From assembly GCF_035084215.1 (NCBI RefSeq), contig NC_090339.1, positions 56,110,001 to 56,174,000 of the forward strand: a stretch of 64,000 nt of DNA. Reading direction: 5' to 3'. The position numbers and the translations under genes were made by a program. The stretch is from Heptranchias perlo. Taxonomy: Eukaryota. Below, in pieces: positions 27,286-64,000 of this stretch. The number at the start of each line of letters is the position of its first letter. Positions within the stretch are counted from its first letter, which is position 1. Under the pieces are notes generated by a model. It saw only the letters and a program-made list of their open reading frames with translations, was not told the DNA's origin and searched no databases.

Positions 27286-28066
27286 TCAGGCTCCCATAGT
27301 GCAATTGGGAGCCCAACTAAAAATTCACTGCTGCTGCGTGGGTTTCCCAGGGACCAGGAAACCCGGCAGGGAAAGGGAGGCAGGAGCTGCCGACTACACA
27401 ATGTATGTGCCTTTCTCAGCACTCCATGTGGGTGAGGAGGAGCAGGAGCGCTGCCCCCGGCCCCTCAAGGAAGCCATCGGTCACCCCCCTGCCGATCGTG
27501 GCCTCTCTCTCTTCCCCACTCCCAATCACCGACCCCCCTCCCGCCCTGGCCCCGTTTGCCGACCTCCCCCCACCTAAACCCGACGGCCTCTCCCTACCCC
27601 ATGCCCCAGTGGCAGATTTTCCCCCATCCCAATTGATGGGGACCGTCCCCAAGAGTCTCTTGCTGATTAAAGGTTTGATGTGCTGCATTGTAATATGTAT
27701 ATTGTAATGAAACAAATGACGTAAGTACTCTTTCAGTTGTCCGTAGCAACCGTGCGGCCGTGTTCACAGCCCCACAAAAGTTTCATCATGAGCTTTCATT
27801 TTCTTCTTACTTTTCTAGTACCCAGTAGCATTGTTTGTCAAAAGCAAACAAAGGCTAATCGATGGTAAGTGTTCTTTTTTCTAACTTATCCACACCTGTA
27901 ATTAAGGCCATCATGTCCTTTTCCCTCTAATTGACAGCTCCAGTATACATCTTCACTATCAAACTCCAGGTTTTGCTGCAGCTCATTGATGGCCGAGTCA
28001 ATTAGACGTTCGCTTTGTTGAAGGTGAGATGTAACTTGTATTTTTTTTTTCTGTTCTGTTTTACAG

Positions 28067-62349
<34,283 letters not shown>

Positions 62350-62935
62350 TAGGTTAGCTACGGTTTTTAATAACGGAGCACAGGGAAACTGTGGCTGCAG
62401 GAGACAGCGCATACATAATCTTTCCTCTCCAGTGCCCCTGCTTAAGAATGAGGTCATCCGCTGATATGGAAACTGTAATATCCTCACTGCGCAGAGTTTC
62501 CCCTTTTCTCGAACTCCAGCTAACCATTGCAACGCAAACAAAATATATTTCCCTCACTGAGTAAGATTTTAAAAACGCCACAACGGCCCGCGTCTTGAAG
62601 TGAAAACTTTTGACAAAATGCCGACGTCGCCTTTTCTATGAAATCATCAGTTTGCACATTTGGAGGTGTTGGGCGCTTGGGATTATTTTCAAATTAAAAT
62701 TATGAGGAGAAAGAACGTCAAGTTTTTTGTGTAAAACAGGGTCCAGCTCACAGCTCAGGTAAGAAAAGCAAAAGTAGGCCCGGGGGAGGGAGGTTACGAG
62801 TCTGCACTAAGAGCAGGGAGCGTTCGTCGCAGGTAATGCAAGTCACAGACTCAGGCGCACACGGCCCATGACAATCTGAACAATGGCGGTGCCAGGTGTA
62901 TGTGGAGTGGGCCCTTTAACGGCGATAGAATCACA

Positions 62936-64000
62936 GGGCCTGATTTTACCAGGCCTGCGGGTTTCCGGCGGGTTGGGTTTCGGGAGCGTGGGCAACACGC
63001 TCGGTGAAATTAGTGGGTTGCCCGCGCGATCGTAGCAGGCAAACCACTAATGGGATCCAATTACCTGCTCCTCCGGGCTCCGCGCTGCTGGTCTGCGCGT
63101 CGGGCGGGCTGCACATGCGCAGTACGATCTGTCAGCTGGAGGCTCTCTAGTTAAAGGTGCAGTCCTCCACTGACAGATGCTGCAACCAATAGAACACATT
63201 ACAGCATGGAGCAGCCCAGGGGGAAGGCTGCTCCCAGTTTAATGATGCCTCACTCCAGGTATCACCAGATGGGGTGAGGAGGAGGGGGAGGACAGAGATC
63301 TTCCACCCGGCGGGCGGGAGGAAGCGGCCTGCCTCTGCCACCAAGAAGGCCTGGCTCGAGGTTGCAGAGGAGGTCACCTGCACCACCAACATATCGCCCA
63401 CCTGCATGCAGTGCAGGAGGTGCTCCAATGACCGCAGTAGGTCAGCCACAGTGAGTACACGTAGTCTTTCCCCTACATTCCGTCTGCCACAACACTGCCC
63501 CCACCCCACATCTCCTTCGGCACTGCCAACACTACTCTGTCACATCACCCCTCATACCCACTCAAACCCCATCTTCATCTTACCTGCACCTACTCACCTC
63601 GCGAGTACTCACCCCGCCACTAACACGCAACCCAATCCTCATATAATCTCATGGCTCTATCCCATATGCACCCTCTCGTGCATCTCCCTCACGGCCAGCC
63701 TCACTCAACCTGCCACCACCTGTGCTGCAGCCACAGGGCATGCATCACATATGTGCAGTAGGAAGCGTAAGGCAAACGTGTCGTGAGCATGAAGGGGATG
63801 CACAAGGGTGTTTGAGGGTTTGTCATGGGTGTTACCTATATTGAATTTCAGAACAACTCACATTACATATTATATTGGCACCACCACTGCCATGTCTCCG
63901 CGAATCCTGTCTATTTTGTGCAATAATGCCCGCTCCTGGGTATCACTATGAGGACCCACCACTGATGCCACCCATTGTGTCACTGCAGAGTAGGTGCAGG
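62936..64000 (+). mobile_element. Harbinger element (same family as 23846), truncated by the window edge
   Basis: GGGCCTGATTTT end; KKAWLEVAEEVT...QCRR Myb/SANT remnant. Confidence 0.8.

Overview
Eukaryotic vertebrate DNA. The repeat content (CR1 and L2 LINEs, DeuSINE/SacSINE1-like SINEs, Harbinger elements, Penelope) points to a cartilaginous fish, which is an inference. The window holds the 5' part of one + strand CLOCK/NPAS2-family bHLH-PAS circadian gene. Ten coding exons (28067-62348) splice in frame through GT-AG junctions and cover bHLH, PAS-A and PAS-B/PAC; the gene continues past the window. Its residues look more like the non-mammalian PASD1 paralog than CLOCK or NPAS2 proper. Most other ORF-track entries are decayed transposons or noise. 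The most striking signal is a family of ~200-bp fold-back insertions (3.6, 13.6, 16.5, 35.0 and 57.5 kb). Each has a 9-14 bp target-site duplication and a minimal type-I hammerhead ribozyme motif (CUGAnGA...GAAA-GCUU) at the hairpin centre, often on both strands. A GIY-YIG-bearing Penelope fragment at 45.85-46.78 kb with the same 3' end identifies their source. A second hammerhead family lies at 15.9 and 54.4 kb. Candidate clock regulation includes a perfect RORE at 8811 in a repeat-poor region and an intronic 16-bp minisatellite built from E-boxes at 36.6 kb.
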